Positions 28,531 through 47,144 of a stretch of DNA of 64,000 nt are shown piece by piece. Within the stretch, counting starts at the first letter, position 1, and each line of letters starts with the position of its first letter. Location: the NCBI RefSeq assembly GCF_009914755.1, contig NC_060925.1. The stretch is one strand, 5' to 3'. Made by a program: the position numbers and the translations under genes. The notes under the pieces were generated by a model that was not told the origin of the DNA, searched no databases, and saw nothing but the letters and a program-made list of their open reading frames with translations. This stretch comes from the human T2T-CHM13v2.0 reference genome, Homo sapiens.

Positions 28531-29838
28531 TAGCCTATATGTTATAACAAATTTGACTAAAATTATCTTAGACTTTTGTTATCCCAGGCCTAAGAGCTCA
28601 TTGACACTTGTTTCATTTCAACATGGTAATTGAACAAGAAGCTGTTTGGAATTGGCAGAAGTCAGATGAATGACCAATCTTACATGCCCATTCTTCCTCT
28701 CTTGAGCTATTATTTATATTCAAATTCAGTACACACTGTTTTTCTCTGTAGATACCTAGGTACTTACTAGATTCTAGTTAGTAAACTGCACATGTTCAAT
28801 AACTTTGAGGACATTTAGTGAAAATGAAGGAAAAGATAAGGAGGTTCCAAGATGGCCAAATAGGAACAGCTCCAGTCTGCAGCTCCCAGCATGAGCGACA
28901 CAGAAGACAGGTGATTTCTGCATTTCCAACTGAGGTACCAGGTTCATCTCACTAGGACTTGTCAGACAGTGGGTGCAGCCCATGGAGCAGGGCGGGGCAT
29001 CACCTCACCTGGGAAGCACAAGGGGTTGGGGAATTCCCTTTCCTAGCAAAGGTAAGCCATGACAGACGGTACCTGGAAAATCTGGACACTCCCACCCTAA
29101 TACTGCGCTTTAAAAACGGCCTAAGCAAATGGCACACCTGGAGATTATATCCCACGCCTGGCTAGGAGGGTCCCACGCCCATGGAGCCTCACTCACTGCT
29201 AGCACAGCAGTCTGAGATCAAACTGCAAGGCGGCAGCGAGGCCGGGGGAGGGGCGTCTGCCATTGCTGAGGCTTGAGTAGGTAAACAAAGCTGCCTGGAA
29301 GCTCCAACTGGGTGGAGCCCACCACAGCTCAAGGAAGCCTGCCTGCCTCTGTAGACTCCACCTCTGGGAGCAGGGCATAGCTGAACAAAAGGCAGCAGAA
29401 ACTGCTACAGACTTAAACGTCCCTGTCCGACAGCTTTGAAGAGAGTAGTGGTTCTCCCAGCACGGAGTTTGAGATCTGAGAATGGACAGACTGCCTCTTC
29501 AAGTGGGTCCCTGACCCCCGAGTAGCCTAACTGGGAGACACCTCCCAGTAGGGGCCGACTGACACCTCATACAGCCAGGTGCCCCTCTGAGATGAAGCTT
29601 CCAGAGGAAAGATCAGGCAGCAAAATTTGCCGTTCTGCAATATTTGCTGTTCTGCAGCCTCTGCTGGTGATATCCAGGCAAACGGATTCTGGAGTGGACC
29701 TCCAGCAAACTCCAACAGACCTGCAGCTGAGGGTCCTGACTGTTAGAATGAAAACTAACAAACAGAAAGGGCATCCACACCAAAACCCCATCTGTATGTC
29801 ACCATCATCAAAGACCAAAGGTAGATAAAACTACAAAG

Positions 29839-30855
29839 ATGGGGAGAAACCAGAGCAGAAAAGCTGAAAATTCTAAGAATCAGAGCACCTCTTCTTCTCC
29901 AAAGGAACGCAGCTCCTCTCCAGCAATGGAGCAAAGCTGGATGGAGAATGACTTTGACGAGTTGAGAGGAGAAGGCTTCAGACGATCAGTAATAACAAAC
30001 TTCTCCAAGCTAAAGGAGGATGTTCGAACCCATCACAAAGAAGCTAAAAACCTTGAAAAAAATTAGACAAATGGCTAACTAGAATAAACAGTGTAGAGAA
30101 GACCTTAAATGACCTGATGGAGCTGAAAACCATGGCACGAGAACTACGTGATGCACGCACAAGCTTCAGTAGCCGATTTGATCAAGTGGAGGAAAGGGTA
30201 TCAATGATTGAAGATCAAATGAATGAAATGAAGTGAGAAGAGAAGTTTAGAGAAAAAAGAGTAAAAAGAAATGAACAAAGCCTCCAAAAAATATGGGACT
30301 ATGTGAAAAGACCAAATCTACATCTGATTGGTGTACCTGAAAGTGATGAGGAGAATGGAACCAAGTTGGAAAACACTCTTTAAGGATATTATCCAGGAGA
30401 ACTTCCCCAACCTAGCGAGGCAGGCCAACATTCAAATTCAGGAAATACAGAGAACACCACAAAGATACTCCTTGAGAAGAGCAACACCAAGGCACATAAT
30501 TGTCAGATTCACCAAAGTTGAAATGAAGGAAAAAATGTTAAGGGCAGCCAGAGAGAAAGGTCGGGTTACCAACAAAGGGAAGCCCATCAGACTAACAGCG
30601 GATCTCTCGGCAGAAACTCTACAAGCTAGAAGAGAGTGGGGGCCAATATTCAACATTCTTAAAGAAAAGAATTTTCAACCAGAATTTCATATCCAGCCAA
30701 ACTAAGCTTCATAAGTGAAGGAGAAATCATATCCTTTACAGACAAACAAATGCTGAGAGATTTTGTCACCACCAGGCCTGCCCTAAAAGAGCTCCTGAAG
30801 GAAGCACTAAACATGGAACAACTGGTACCAGCCATTGCAAAAACATGCCAAATTG
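29839..30855 (+). pseudogene. L1 ORF1, disrupted
   Basis: MGRNQSRK... and ...IIQENFPNLARQANIQIQEIQRTPQRY lie in separate ORFs broken by frameshifts and stops. Confidence 0.92.
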
Positions 30856-30921
30856 CAAAGACCATCAATGCTAGGAAGAAACTGCATCAACTAATGAGCA
30901 AAAAAACCAGCTAACATCATA

Positions 30922-34748
<3,827 letters not shown>

Positions 34749-35939
34749 ACAATGAGATCACTTGGACACAGGGCAGGGAACATCACACACTGGGGCCTGT
34801 CACGGGGTGGGGGGTTGGCGGAGGGATAGCCAATGATGAGTTGATGGGTGCAGCAAACCTAGATGGCACATGTATACATATGTAACAAACCTGCATGTTG
34901 TGCACATGTACCCTAGAACTTAAAGTATAATAATAAAAAAATTAAAAAAAGGAAAATATAAAATATTTCTCTTTAGACCTGAGGTTATTTTTAGGCTGGC
35001 CCATAGAAACAGGTCCAGATAAGTTGTCTAAAAAAGCAAAGTAGGTACTTATGAATAATATTCAATGCCTAGGATTAACATTTAAAAAGATTCAGTAGTA
35101 CTGCTAGCTAGCCAATAAAATATAAACTCCATTTGTCTTAGTTATATAGAACTGTGTTTCCAGCTTAGAAAAAGTCAAACCAATGACTTTTATAACAATC
35201 TATCCTCATTTTTTATTCAGCTTCTAGAACATGGAAGCTTTAAAATGAATTGGCTAAATAGGCAAGAACTTCAGAAAGTTAACGTGTTAATGATTAAAAA
35301 CAGTAAGTACAGGTTAGTAATTACCTGGGTAATTAATTGAAACCTTATTCTATTTTCATAAGACTTACTTGCTTAATTCAAGCAAAACAAATTTTGGTCT
35401 AAATTACCTAGATAATTATAACATCTTTTTACTTGAGAAGTGTAGAACTTGCCTCAGGCTACAAAACTAACTATGTTATTACTAAACGGATAACCAGGTA
35501 GGATTCTGACATTATTGTATGCTTAAGAGTGATTTAACAATAGCTACTCCCAGTAGGGAAATTTTAAAAATCAGATCCAGTTACATGTATTACGATTTTT
35601 CTACCTTATGGACTATTTTGGAGGGATAAGCTATTAAGACTAAGACTATGAATGAGAGTTGGGGAGAGAGTAGGAAGGGAGGAACATGCACACCACATTA
35701 ACACAGTGGCAATCTTCTGCCTCGGACTGTTCTTTACTACTGTTCTTAAAGAAAATATTCATTCTGCTGCAGCTAACTAGCTTCCGTCTTCTACAACAAA
35801 TCATATTCCATGCCATGGAAGTGCTATGTAATAACTCTCCCAGGTGGCACCTTATACCGTTTAAAAGCCTTTAAAATCTCTAATCTGAAGGTGTCACAGT
35901 AAAGAAATGTAAACACTTAGGAAAACAAAAATGTAATTA

Positions 35940-36047
<108 letters not shown>

Positions 36048-36087
36048 CTATCAATATAAGATTCAGAATAAATGAACGACATATTAT

Positions 36088-36205
36088 TTAAAAACCCTGT
36101 GAATACTTCTCTGTAAACATTTATATGTAGTCACAATAGTGGGATTTGATCTGCTTATTCTTTGTGAAATTGTGTCTTTGAGAACTGATTTGATAAGGTT
36201 GACTA
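36088..36205 (+). mobile_element. Charlie8 transposase fossil, right part
   Basis: NTSL*...DLICLFFVKLCL*E continues the recalled NISLQG...DLIRAFLAKLCLWE segment. Confidence 0.6.
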
Positions 36206-37282
36206 TCAAAGCATCACTTCATCACCCACAAAGATAGGGCTTTCCATGGACTGTGTTGGATAACAAGCCTTAGGTCCCACGCCGAACTGAGGCTTGCTGC
36301 TTTCTGCCCCCAAATTTATCCCTAGGGGCTGCTTGCTTGATGGTTCTGCAGTGGGCTCTTGCCCACTCTGCAGCATGGTATTTCATCTCAGGGGCTTGAG
36401 AATCAGGGAAAGCCACTGGGAGACAAGAGCCAAACCTGTATCGCTCTTTAAAATCAATTGGTTTTAATACATATTTAATATGTAGAAATAATAATATACA
36501 AAGAATAATGGTAAAACAAACATCCATGTACTTACCACCCAGCTTAAGAAATATATATGATGTATGATGCATGTATTAGTCAGAGTTTTCCAAAACAGAA
36601 TAGGAGATTATATTTATCTATCTATATATATGTATGTATTTTTTACTATATATATACATATACATAAAATATATACTATAAAATCATACTAATGATTTCC
36701 TTGTTCTATTTCTTCATATCTCTGGGTATAAATATTATGTAGACATGGTCATTAAGTAATGCTTGACAACTAATAAAAGATCAAATTCATAGAATAATAT
36801 TAGACATCATTATTTTTGATAAAGATAAGAGTAAGAGTAAGGTATTTTAGATTCCTCTCATGATTCAGGATTTGCAAGATATTTATTTTCTTTTTCAGCA
36901 TATTAGTTAAGTTGTTTTTAACTCTCTAGGGACCAATTTTGCTCAACTTTCATAAATATTCTGGTAATAATTGTGTCAGCACCAGGAATGTCTAGCAAAA
37001 TATCTTTCTTTTCTAACAAAGATTAAAACAGATTGATTTGTGTTTCATCATTTTTTAAAATGATTCACTTCTCTTGCCAACTTAACCACTTATGCAGCTG
37101 CTTTTGATACAGAAGATTCTGTTATTGGTGCATCGATTCTTGACCTTTTTCTTTAGTGCCATAGGGAGGAGAGAAGAGTGTAGATAATATAAAAACTTCA
37201 TATATTTTTGACTTTGAAATTTTTAAGTGTTCTTTCTTCCCCTCCTGATTGAATCTTCCAGAATATTTGCTCTTTTAATTGT

Positions 37283-37465
37283 GAACTGTGTGACCGATCT
37301 TGGACAAGTTACCTAAACTCTCAAAACTTCAGTCTTCTCATTTGGAAAATGAATATAATCAACAATAGTACCTAATTCATAGTAAAATAATGCTGTCAGG
37401 GTTATATATGGCAGTCATACAAAATACTAAGTGTATTTCCTGGCAAATAGTAAGCACTTAATTAA
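37283..37465 (+). mobile_element. MIR SINE
   Basis: ctgtgtgacc...ttggacaagttacctaaactctc...cctggcaaatagtaagcactta. Confidence 0.75.
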
Positions 37466-39439
37466 TGAACATGATTTTTGTTGCTGTTTAAACTGAAATA
37501 ATAGCTGAGATGGCATGGAGTTGAAGGCATTGGAATTGAGGAGAGGAAGGTATTTAAAGGACAGTGTAGTAAATGGGCTGTCCACACAATGCTGAAGTCA
37601 CAGAGGATGATAGCATTAGGTGGGTGGAAAGACTGTGTTGTTTGCCAAAGTCTTTGAATAATCAGAGAGAGGTGGCTGGAGGCTGGTCAGGAAGAGTGAT
37701 GAGGAAAAGAGATGCACAATCTAAGCCTGATATGTATGGCAGAATGGGCATCAGCCCCTGAGTGGGCTGTGGTGGAGGCTGTGTACTTGGGGTGCACCCA
37801 GGAGTCAGTTAAGGCAAGGAGTTGGGAGAGATGGAGGGTGTAATAGAGATATTTTTACATGGAGAGGAGGTTCTCTAAGACACAGTAAATAAGCTTTAGA
37901 GGGAAGGGAGCAGTATGATTGGTTTAGGGGAAAGAAGCCCAAAACAAAATGGGAATGAGACTGTGGGAGGAGAGCTGACAAGAGGGAATTAAATATTGGA
38001 TGATGGTAAAGAATAATATCAATATAAACCACAGGGCTTCCAGAAAGAATTAAAAATATTTTTGGTTCCTGTCAAGATGGAGAAATCAACCTGAATAGAC
38101 TGTAAAGTAAGGGGGTGGGGCAAAGGCTATCTCGAACTGCAGTCTCATGTGGCAAGCTGCAAGAGGCAGTGAGAGGAGGGAGGGAAGTTTTGAAGCTCTG
38201 CTCTTGCCTCTTCCACATGTCCTTGGACAATCAGTACCCACTTCTTCATCAGAGAGAGATTGTTGGCAGCAGCCTACCGGTAATAACGGAATAGCACAAA
38301 AGCTCTGCTGGGGTGAGATAGCTGAAAGTAGCTGGAGTGAAGCCAAGATGTTGTTGGATGTTCACACTTCCATTTCTTCCCCTTCCAATGGCCCAATGAC
38401 GATGGAGTTGCAGCGTGGGAAGGCTGCCTTCTGCCAGTGGTGCTTCTTCCTAAGTACTTAAGGGTGAAACTACTCAGAAATCTGCCTGGTGGAATGGCAG
38501 CAAAGGAGAGTATCAATAGTGGTTTTGTGTGCCTAGGGCTCTCTACTCTCCTTGCTTTTCTCTCTCCTCCTTTAACTCACTAGGACTGACTGACTAGAGC
38601 CTGGCCTTCAAGCCATTCTCATTGCACAATTCTGGGCAGAATAATAGTTAATACCCTCTTGTTCACAAGCCCAGAAAACCAAACCAAACAAAACAAAACA
38701 TTGACAGACACTAGACCCCTAAGGAAAAATAGTGCTATATGCCAATAAACTTTTTGGCATAAAGTTGCTTATAATATTCTCCCATTATTGTTTTAATGTA
38801 TATAAGATTTGCTGTGATAAGCGCTCGTTCATTCCCAATAGTGCGGAATGTATTAGCCTCTTTTTCTATTTCTTTTTCTCTCAGTATCTCCTACTTCTAA
38901 ATTAGAATAAGTCGGACTTTATCAATTCTGTTAATCATTTCAAAGACCCAACATATGACTTTGTTAATTTTTTTCTCTTATGTCTTCTATTTTGTTCACT
39001 TCTACCCTTATCTTTATTATTTTCATACTTTGCCATATTCTGGGTTTACTTTACTCTTATTACCCTATCTTCTTTCTATAGAATCTTAAGTTATTGATGT
39101 TAGACTTTTTCTTCTTTTTTAAGATAGCTCTTCTGCCCTGAAAAACCTTAGCTAGTCACCGCCTCACAATCAGTGAAAGTTCAAACTTCATCATAGTTAC
39201 AATCTCAGGCTTCCTGCTCTGCTGTTGCTCTTCAGCTGGGAAATAAGTACTTCAGAGAGAACTCCTTTAGCTCTTCTATCCTGCCTCTAGCCACCAGCAT
39301 GTCACTTCTATGCACTTGGTGAATATCCTTGGAATAAAATGTGTGGCTGGATTCAGACTTGGTCTGTGGCTAGGCTTCTTGTGATTCTAATTTATCATGC
39401 ATGTTGTATGTGCAATTAAGTTTGTTAAAAGTTCAGCTG

Positions 39440-39850
39440 GTCTATCAGTTATCTATTGCTGTGTAACAAACTCTCCCCAAACAGTGGCTTAACATACATA
39501 TTTGTCATGCTTCTGGTAGATGAGGCAGTTCTGCTCCATATTATATTGATTGAGATCGCTTATGTGGCTTAATTCACCTGGTAGCTGGGCTGGGCTGGAA
39601 ATTCCCAAATAACCTCCCTCTCTCCTATTTCTGGGGCCTTTATATGTCTCTCTATGTGGCTTTTATATTCACATGATGTTTCATCTTCCAGGCCTCCTCA
39701 ATATGGCCTCTGGATCTTATTTAATGGTAGCTGGGCTTGAATACAGAAGGTTTTTAAAAGATAAGCCCCGTTGTGCAAGCACTCTTCAAGATTCTGCTGG
39801 CATAACACTTCTAACTTGGCCTTGACCAAAGCAAGTCACATTCTAGCCTA
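39440..39850 (-). mobile_element. Old MLT1 (H-K type) LTR lying among ancient L1M fragments (~38750-40150)
   Basis: cagttatctattgctgtgtaacaaac...cagtggcttaa...ccaaagcaagtcaca. Confidence 0.7.
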
Positions 39851-40279
39851 GGAGGGTTGGTTCAATGTGAACCAGCCTTGTGATTTTTTCCTTATTTCTT
39901 GAGGTCTATGGCATATTCCTCCTTTTCCTGCCTCTCAGCAAGGGATGAAACAACTTTAGGTATTTTTTCTCCTAGAGAGGGATATTTATTTTCTTATTTA
40001 GTCCTTTTAGGTTTCTTTGTATCTTCAGCTGTGGGATGAGGTTAAAAAGCCAGAAAGGAAAGCTATGATTTTATAGATTATTATTTGTTCTTAGTGTTAG
40101 GGTGAGATCAAACATATTTAGCAACTTTCTGCATCCAAACCCTAAAGTGGAACAAATGCCCACTACTTATATCTCATACTTTCTCACCGTACTTAATACT
40201 TCATGCCGTCATAACTTTCCCCCTTCAAGTCGGTAGATAATCTCATCTACTGATGGCACAGAGGAAACAGAAGCCAATA

Positions 40280-40505
40280 GGATGTGCTGATTTGTTTCAG
40301 TACAGAAATAATATCTGCAATAGTAGTTGGATTTGGAACCCTACCTTTTTCAGTTTATGAAAATCCATTGTCATCTTCCAAGACACATCTGTCGTCTGTA
40401 CAGGTTGAATGGGGATGTGATAGAAATTACTAAATTGCTACCTGTGCATCATTCAAGTCCCTTGTGATGTAATTAATCTCTGCAATCCCTCCAGAAATGT
40501 AATAC
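40280..40505 (-). mobile_element. ERVL pol (RT N-terminal) fragment
   Basis: Alignable by eye to 44778-45010 and to recalled ERVL pol. Confidence 0.7.
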
Positions 40506-40534
40506 TAAAAATTTATATAGAAGTTGCTAGTTTT

Positions 40535-40678
40535 ATTGATTTTTATTAAAAAACATATTTTTTGAGGCTGGTTTTTGCTATGTTGCCCAGGTTGGACTTG
40601 AACTCCTGGGCTCAAGAGATCCTTCCATCTCAGACTCCTGAGTAACTGGGGCTATAGGCACACACCACTGTGCCTGGC
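40535..40678 (-). mobile_element. FLAM Alu monomer
   Basis: Single monomer; TSD ta(g/t)aagttgctagt(t/c)tt at 40518-40534 and 40679-40695. Confidence 0.85.
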
Positions 40679-42539
40679 TATAAGTTGCTAGTCTTAATGT
40701 CCCGGAGTAACCTACGTCATTTTGATGGGCAGTGCTTTTGAAGCTGAATCTCAATTTTTTTGTGGTCATTCTCTGATCATTCACCACTTGTGTGTTGAAT
40801 GTTTTCTGTGTGAACAGTGTAACAACTTCTGCTTTGAACTGAAACCAAGATAGAAGAGAAAGCCCTGAGCAGATTCTTCCTACATTCTTGATGGTGGTGA
40901 CCTAACAACACTTACTTACACTTACTTCTCATTGGTCCTGACAACTGCAGGGACCCTAAGAAATTTCTGCTAACCAGATCCTTAACCATCTAATGAAATT
41001 TAATCAGAGTTATGGCAAATGGCAAACAAATGCACACAAAATGAAATGCACTAAAATTCCAGGCTAGAACTGTGTGTGAGCCAAGATGGATCTGTGATGT
41101 AGCTTAGAACCAGAAAAGCCTCCTCAAATTTGAATATGGGCACAGGCAAAAATAATGAACAACCAGGTTGAAGAATTTCTTTCCCTTCTGACCAATCCAG
41201 GCCATTCCAGAATGGCTTCCTGAAATATCCATACTTGCCTCTTTCTTCTCCACTCTTCAGATGAGAAGGACAAAATCTTTGTTCGAAGATAAAATCCTAA
41301 ATCACTTTAATCTATCATACTTTTCACTTTATCACATTTTCCTTTTGACCTTCAAGACTACAACCTCTTTTCTTGTCTCTATTTTGAGTTAGTTTACAAT
41401 GCGATCTAGGAAATTATCTGGTATCCTGGAAATACATCCTCATATTTCAAATGATGCCCACTGAACTCAGCTTCTCCATGACCCTCTTCTCCACATTTCC
41501 CTCTGACTTTTTTCCCCTTTTTAGGGGAAATTTGACAATTTTACCCTAGTCACACTGAGGTTGTGCCTGGTCTGCTTTTAATGGAAAAGTATTGTCCCTT
41601 CAGTCAATCCAAATTGTCTGTAGCTGAGCAGATGGCACCTTCTGTCCACTCATACCTTTTAGCTGCATTGTTTCTCAATTTCTTGAATGCCAAAAGGATA
41701 GAAACTAAGTCAATTTTTTCCTTACCTTAACTTCCTTAAAGTCACATGGTTGCTACAAGTCTCAAGAAGAGAAAGAAACTTTTAGCATATTGAGTTGTGG
41801 GGACACAAAAACTTCTATTACTCATGTAAGAGCTATTTGTTTTAAACATAAATTTTGTGTCAGTGGTTTCAGCTATTAATATTTATGGTTTCAGGTTCAT
41901 GACATTATTTTTAAATAAATGAGACAAAACCAGATAAGCACTCTAACAACTAATGAGTATTTATTCCAAGTCGTAAAACCTGTTACTGACTTGATATAAA
42001 ATAATTTAGAGACCTCCAAAAATGAGTTTGGATTTTAGTGCTTGAAAATGTCAAGTACAAGACATAATGAATTTATTACAGTTATCTCATTCTTCAGGTG
42101 ATAGTGGCTTTGGTACTTATAATATGGCTCATAAAATTTATCCCTGTCTTAAGATTAATTGACTTCTAAACTTTTAAGAGGGGCACCTTCAGAGAAGCAC
42201 CTAATTGGAGTTGATAAATGTAGATTTAAACCAAGTGAATCAACCTAATCCCCTGAATACAGAATTTTAATGACAGGTCAATCAAACAGCACATCCATAC
42301 TTACCTCATAAGACATTCTAGATATGAATCATTCAGTGGCATGTGGTACTGGGCAAAAAACATTCTCTCTGATGAAGAGATTGTGAATTGAGGAGATGTT
42401 TTCTTATGGGAGTGGTGGTAAATGTGATAACTTATAAATATGAGTCTTAAAATGTTTTAAAACGTGCTATGGAGCACAAAGCTGAAATAATTAGTTTACA
42501 GCAACACAAAGACATGTCCCTTTGCCACCCAATATAAAT

Positions 42540-45010
42540 ACGTATAGTTAAAAACAGAATCAGTTAGCGCATAGTCAGAATTCATCAGGGAAGCCAAACT
42601 ACTATGAATATTATGGGAATAAGAAATTTATTTTAGGAATTGGAACTTACACACATTTAGTCCTTCTGAAACATTGGAGTGGGTAGAGAAGTCGGAGCCT
42701 GAAGGAGAATCTGAAAGATCTCATATATCCACCTGTCAAAGTGGGATCTCAAAGTGGGAGCTTGTGGAGAGGCCCATTGGTTGTCTCTGTAGATCTACAG
42801 CCAAGACTGTGATGTTAGGCTTGGGACTGCTATTGGGGCCAATAGTTTGGAGGACAAACTGGATGAGGAGCAGATAAGGGTGAATTATAAGCTGGGCACC
42901 TCTGCATCCGTCCCTCACTGTGTTGAGTATAATGAACTTCTAGAAGTAATGATTCCTACTTCATTTCTACCTCGCAATTCTTATACAAGTTCCCTTTCCC
43001 ATACCATACTGGAAGATAAATCCAGGAAATGAAATTCGCAGTTTAACCAAATTGATAAGAGCACAATCCAGTTTAGTCCACCTCTTATTAAATTGCTATT
43101 TATACAAACCTTTTCATCATGGTTAACATTCAAACAAATTCAATAGCAAAATCATTCTTCCAGTTAACATAATGCAGTCATTCCTCATACAACTAAATGC
43201 ATGCTAACATTTTCCCTAGCAGAGTATATACAAAGTCCAACTTTATCCATCTTTGGATGATGTTCACTCCTCTTATATCTGAGTCAACTTCTACCTTGAT
43301 ATCCTCTGTATTAAATACTAAAATTAATCTCTGTTAACACGTCTTATGTTCAGTATTAGGGAAGTGAAAAAGGGGAAAAGTAGAAAGAAAAATAGTTGAT
43401 AAACTTTAGCTTGTCTTAGTTCTTTATTTGTTGAAGTGACTCAAATGTTTATAATGGAAAGGTCTGGGCATTAGTAGCCCTGCCTGCATTGAGTTATAGT
43501 TTTCTACTGACTTTAATCATAGGATGTGGAACTACTAAGATGTACCCCAAAGGAATTTCTCCATTTTTCTTCTTCCTACTCCCATTGTGCAGTAGCAAAA
43601 CCAGGATAAGTCACTCCAACTATCTCCATTCTGTTAGTTTACTGGCATGAGGAACCCAGAGTTGTCAGGTGGCAGTTTCAGCTCCCACATTAATGGTATC
43701 GTTGATGTGTCACTTGGTAGAAGTGCTTCTCTTTTGGGAACTCAGATCTCTAAACTAGCAAAGATGCAGAAATGAAAAACATTTTTGCGAGTGGATCATA
43801 GAGATAATTGTGAGAAAACTTATTTCCATTTCTATCCCTTGATTTTTGGATTTGTGAACGATGGCTATAGGAGAAACAGAACCATACAGTGCTTACTGAT
43901 TCAGAGAAAATACTGCATCCTGAATGATGTCACTCTAGAGACACTAAGTGCTGTCATCTAGCTTCCACATAACTAAGTCTTCAAAAGACCATCCCACGGT
44001 TCTATCAGGTTAGCAGCTTCAGAGTAATGGGGAAAAGAGTAGGAATGTTGAATTCTATGAGCATGAGCCTATTGGCATACTTCATTTACTGTGAAATGAG
44101 TTCCCTGATCAGAAACAATGCAGTGTGGAATATGATGATGGTAAATAAGGTATTCCATAAGTCCATGGATTGGCAAAATCATTGAGGGCTGGAAAGGCAA
44201 ATTCATATTCAGAGAAACAATTCCAGTGTGAACAAAGTTCTGATGTTTCCTTGATAGAATTGGTCCAAAGGTAATCGACCTGCCACCAGGTGGCTGGCTG
44301 GTTCCCCTGAGGAGTGGTGATGTACTGGGAACTCAGTGTTTGTCTCTGCTATTGGCAAGCTTGGCATTTTCTGCAGTTGTTATAGCTAAATACGCTTTGG
44401 CGAGTTCAAGTCCATATTGTTGAGCTCATGTGAAATCTTCATTCCTTTGTTCATATGCTGACTGGGGAAAGAAATTGCCTGAGACCACATAATGGGTCAT
44501 CCCGCTCATCTAAATACTAAGATTCTCCTCTGCTGAGGCTGCTCTTTGGTGAACATTCACAGGGTACACAAATATTTGCACATTCTGTGCCCATTTGGAG
44601 ACATCTTTTTTTCAAACCCTCTGTTATCTCCCATTAACCAGTTTTCCAACTGTGTTTCTTCTAAGGTAGGGTGTAAAAGTGTATTGATAGCCCTGCCAAC
44701 TGAAAGAAAACTTCTAATGGTCTTCACTAACAAGTATAGGGATAAAAATATTTGTAGATCAGTAGCTGGATACAAGAGAATGTGCTGATTTGCTTCAGTA
44801 AAGACACAATATCTGGAACAGCAGTTGGGTTTGGAATTGCTGCTAACTTAATTTTGTGAAAATCCACTGCCATTTTCCCAGATCCGTATCTCTTCTGTAC
44901 AGGCAAAATTAGGTGAGCTGAATAGGGAGGTGATGGTAATCACCACCTGTGCATCCTTCAGATCCATTATGATGTAATTAATCTTTGCAATTTCTCCAGT
45001 AATACAGTAT
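42540..45010 (-). mobile_element. ERVL-family remnant: LTR41/52-like LTR (~42540-43050) plus internal pol sequence
   Basis: Diverged ERVL integrase/RNaseH/RT antisense motifs (ccaggtggctggctggttcccc, tattccataagtccatggat, atgtgctgatttgcttcagta). Confidence 0.7.
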
Positions 45011-45445
45011 TCTCTTTCAGGCTTTCTGAGTTTTTTTTTTTAACTTAATTGTCGATTATATAGCACTGCACTCAACAACTGAAGATCCATATTCTTTTCA
45101 AGTACTCATAAAATGTATATAAAGATAGACCATATGATGGACCATAAATAAATCATAAAAATATTTGAAAAGATTGAATTTTACACAATTTGTTCCCTGA
45201 TCAAAATGGAATTAAATTACAAACTACCAAAATATCACATCTAGAAAAGCCCCAGATATCAAAAAGTTAAACAACTTACATTTAAACAACTCATGGGTCA
45301 AAGAAGAAATCACACAGAAAATTATAAAATATTTTGTATCAATGATAATAAAATCACAACCCATGAACATTTTTGGGTTGCAGCTAAAGTAGTACTTAGG
45401 AGATTTTAGTCATTAAGTTCTTGTGTAAAAAAAGAAGTTCTTCCT

Positions 45446-46897
45446 TCATGATACTGATTCTATTTCCGTTGAATATATACCCAGAATTGGGATTGCTGGA
45501 TCATATGGGGTTCTATTTTTAATTTTTTGAGGAAATTCTATACTATTTTCAATAGTGGTTGTACCAATATACATTGCCACCAAACAGTGTACTGGGGTTC
45601 CCCTTTTCTCTACATCTAAGCAACGCTTGTTAGCGATTGTATTTCTGATAACAGCCCTCCTAGCAGGCATGAGGTAATATCTAATTGTGGTTTTAATTTG
45701 CATTTCCCTGATGATCAGTGATGTTCAGCACCTTTTCATATATAATACCTATTGGCCATTATCATTTCTTCTTTGGAAAACTGTCTATTCAGGTCCTTTC
45801 CCCATTTGTAAAATCAGGCTATTTGTTTTTGCTGAGTTGTGTATGTTTCTTATATATTTTGGATAACAGCACTTTATCAGATATATAGTCTGTAAATGTG
45901 TTCTCCCATTCTGTAGGCTGCCTTTTCATTCTGTTGATTGTTTCTTTTGCTGCACAGAAGCTTTTTAGTTTGATGTAGTCTCGCTTGTTTACTTTTGCTT
46001 TTGTTGCCTGTGTTTTCGGTGTCATATCCAAAAGAGTTATGCCAAGATTGATGAATGGATAAAGAAAATGTGATATATATATAATGTTTACATATATTTA
46101 TATATACATTATCTATATTACATTATAAATGCAATATATGGTATATATAATTATATATAATGTAATAATATTTATAAATATTTATAATGTAATATATAGT
46201 TATACATAATGTAACATATAATATATAAATATATAATGTATATAAAAGTAATATTTATATATTTATATATTTATAATGTAATATATAGTATATAATGTAA
46301 TACATAATATATATAAATATATATAATATATAATGTAATGTTACATTATATATCACATATATTATGTGATATATAATTATAAATGTGATATATATACACA
46401 CATTTATATAACGTAATATTATTCAGCTCTAAAAAATAAGGAAATCTTGCCTTTTGTGAAAACATGGAAACCTGGATAAACCTGGAGGACATTATGCTAA
46501 GTGAAATAAGCCAGACACAGAAAGACAAATACTGTATGATTTCTCTCATATGTGGAATCTAAAAAAGTCAAGCTCATAGAAGCAGAGAGTAGAATAGTGA
46601 TTGTCAGGGTCTGAGGGGTCGAGGGAAATGAGGAGATGTTGGTCATGGAGTACAAACTTTCAGTTATAAGATGAATAAGTTTTGGGGATCTAATGTACAG
46701 CGTGGTGAATATAGTGAATAATCTGTATTATTTACTTAAATTTGATGAGAGAGCAGATTTTTATGCGTGGTGATGGATGTGTTAATTTGACTGTGGTAAT
46801 CATTACATGATGTATATGTATATCAAATAATCATGATGTACATTCTTGAATAAATACAATTTTCATTTGTCAATTACATATTTTAACATAAATAAAA
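45446..46897 (+). mobile_element. L1MA with 5' inversion (minus 45446-46045, plus 46046-46897)
   Basis: Strand switch at tatgccaag|attgatgaatggataaagaaaatgtg; L1MA 3'UTR ending aaataaaa. Confidence 0.85.
46073..46410. repeat. Degenerate (TA)n / TAATGTA low-complexity expansion inside the L1MA
   Basis: Read directly. Confidence 0.95.
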
Positions 46898-47144
46898 GAC
46901 ACTTATGAGAAAAGCTCTTAAATTAATCTAATTTTCTCCACTGGAAACTAGAAGAATAGTCAATTACACTCAAAGCAAGTAGAAAGAAGGAAATAATAAA
47001 TATAAAGGCAGAAATCAGTAAAATTGATAACAAATAACCAATAAAGAAAGTCAATAAAGCCAAAGTTTTTTCTTTGAAAAGATTATTAAAATTGAAAACT
47101 TATAGTAAGGCTAATCAGGAAAACCTGCCACAAATGATCAGTAC

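Noticed and set aside
42305-42368. Peptide RMFFAQYHMPLNDSYLECLM loosely resembling glypicans
   Set aside because: Too short and weak, with no other glypican-like exons in the window
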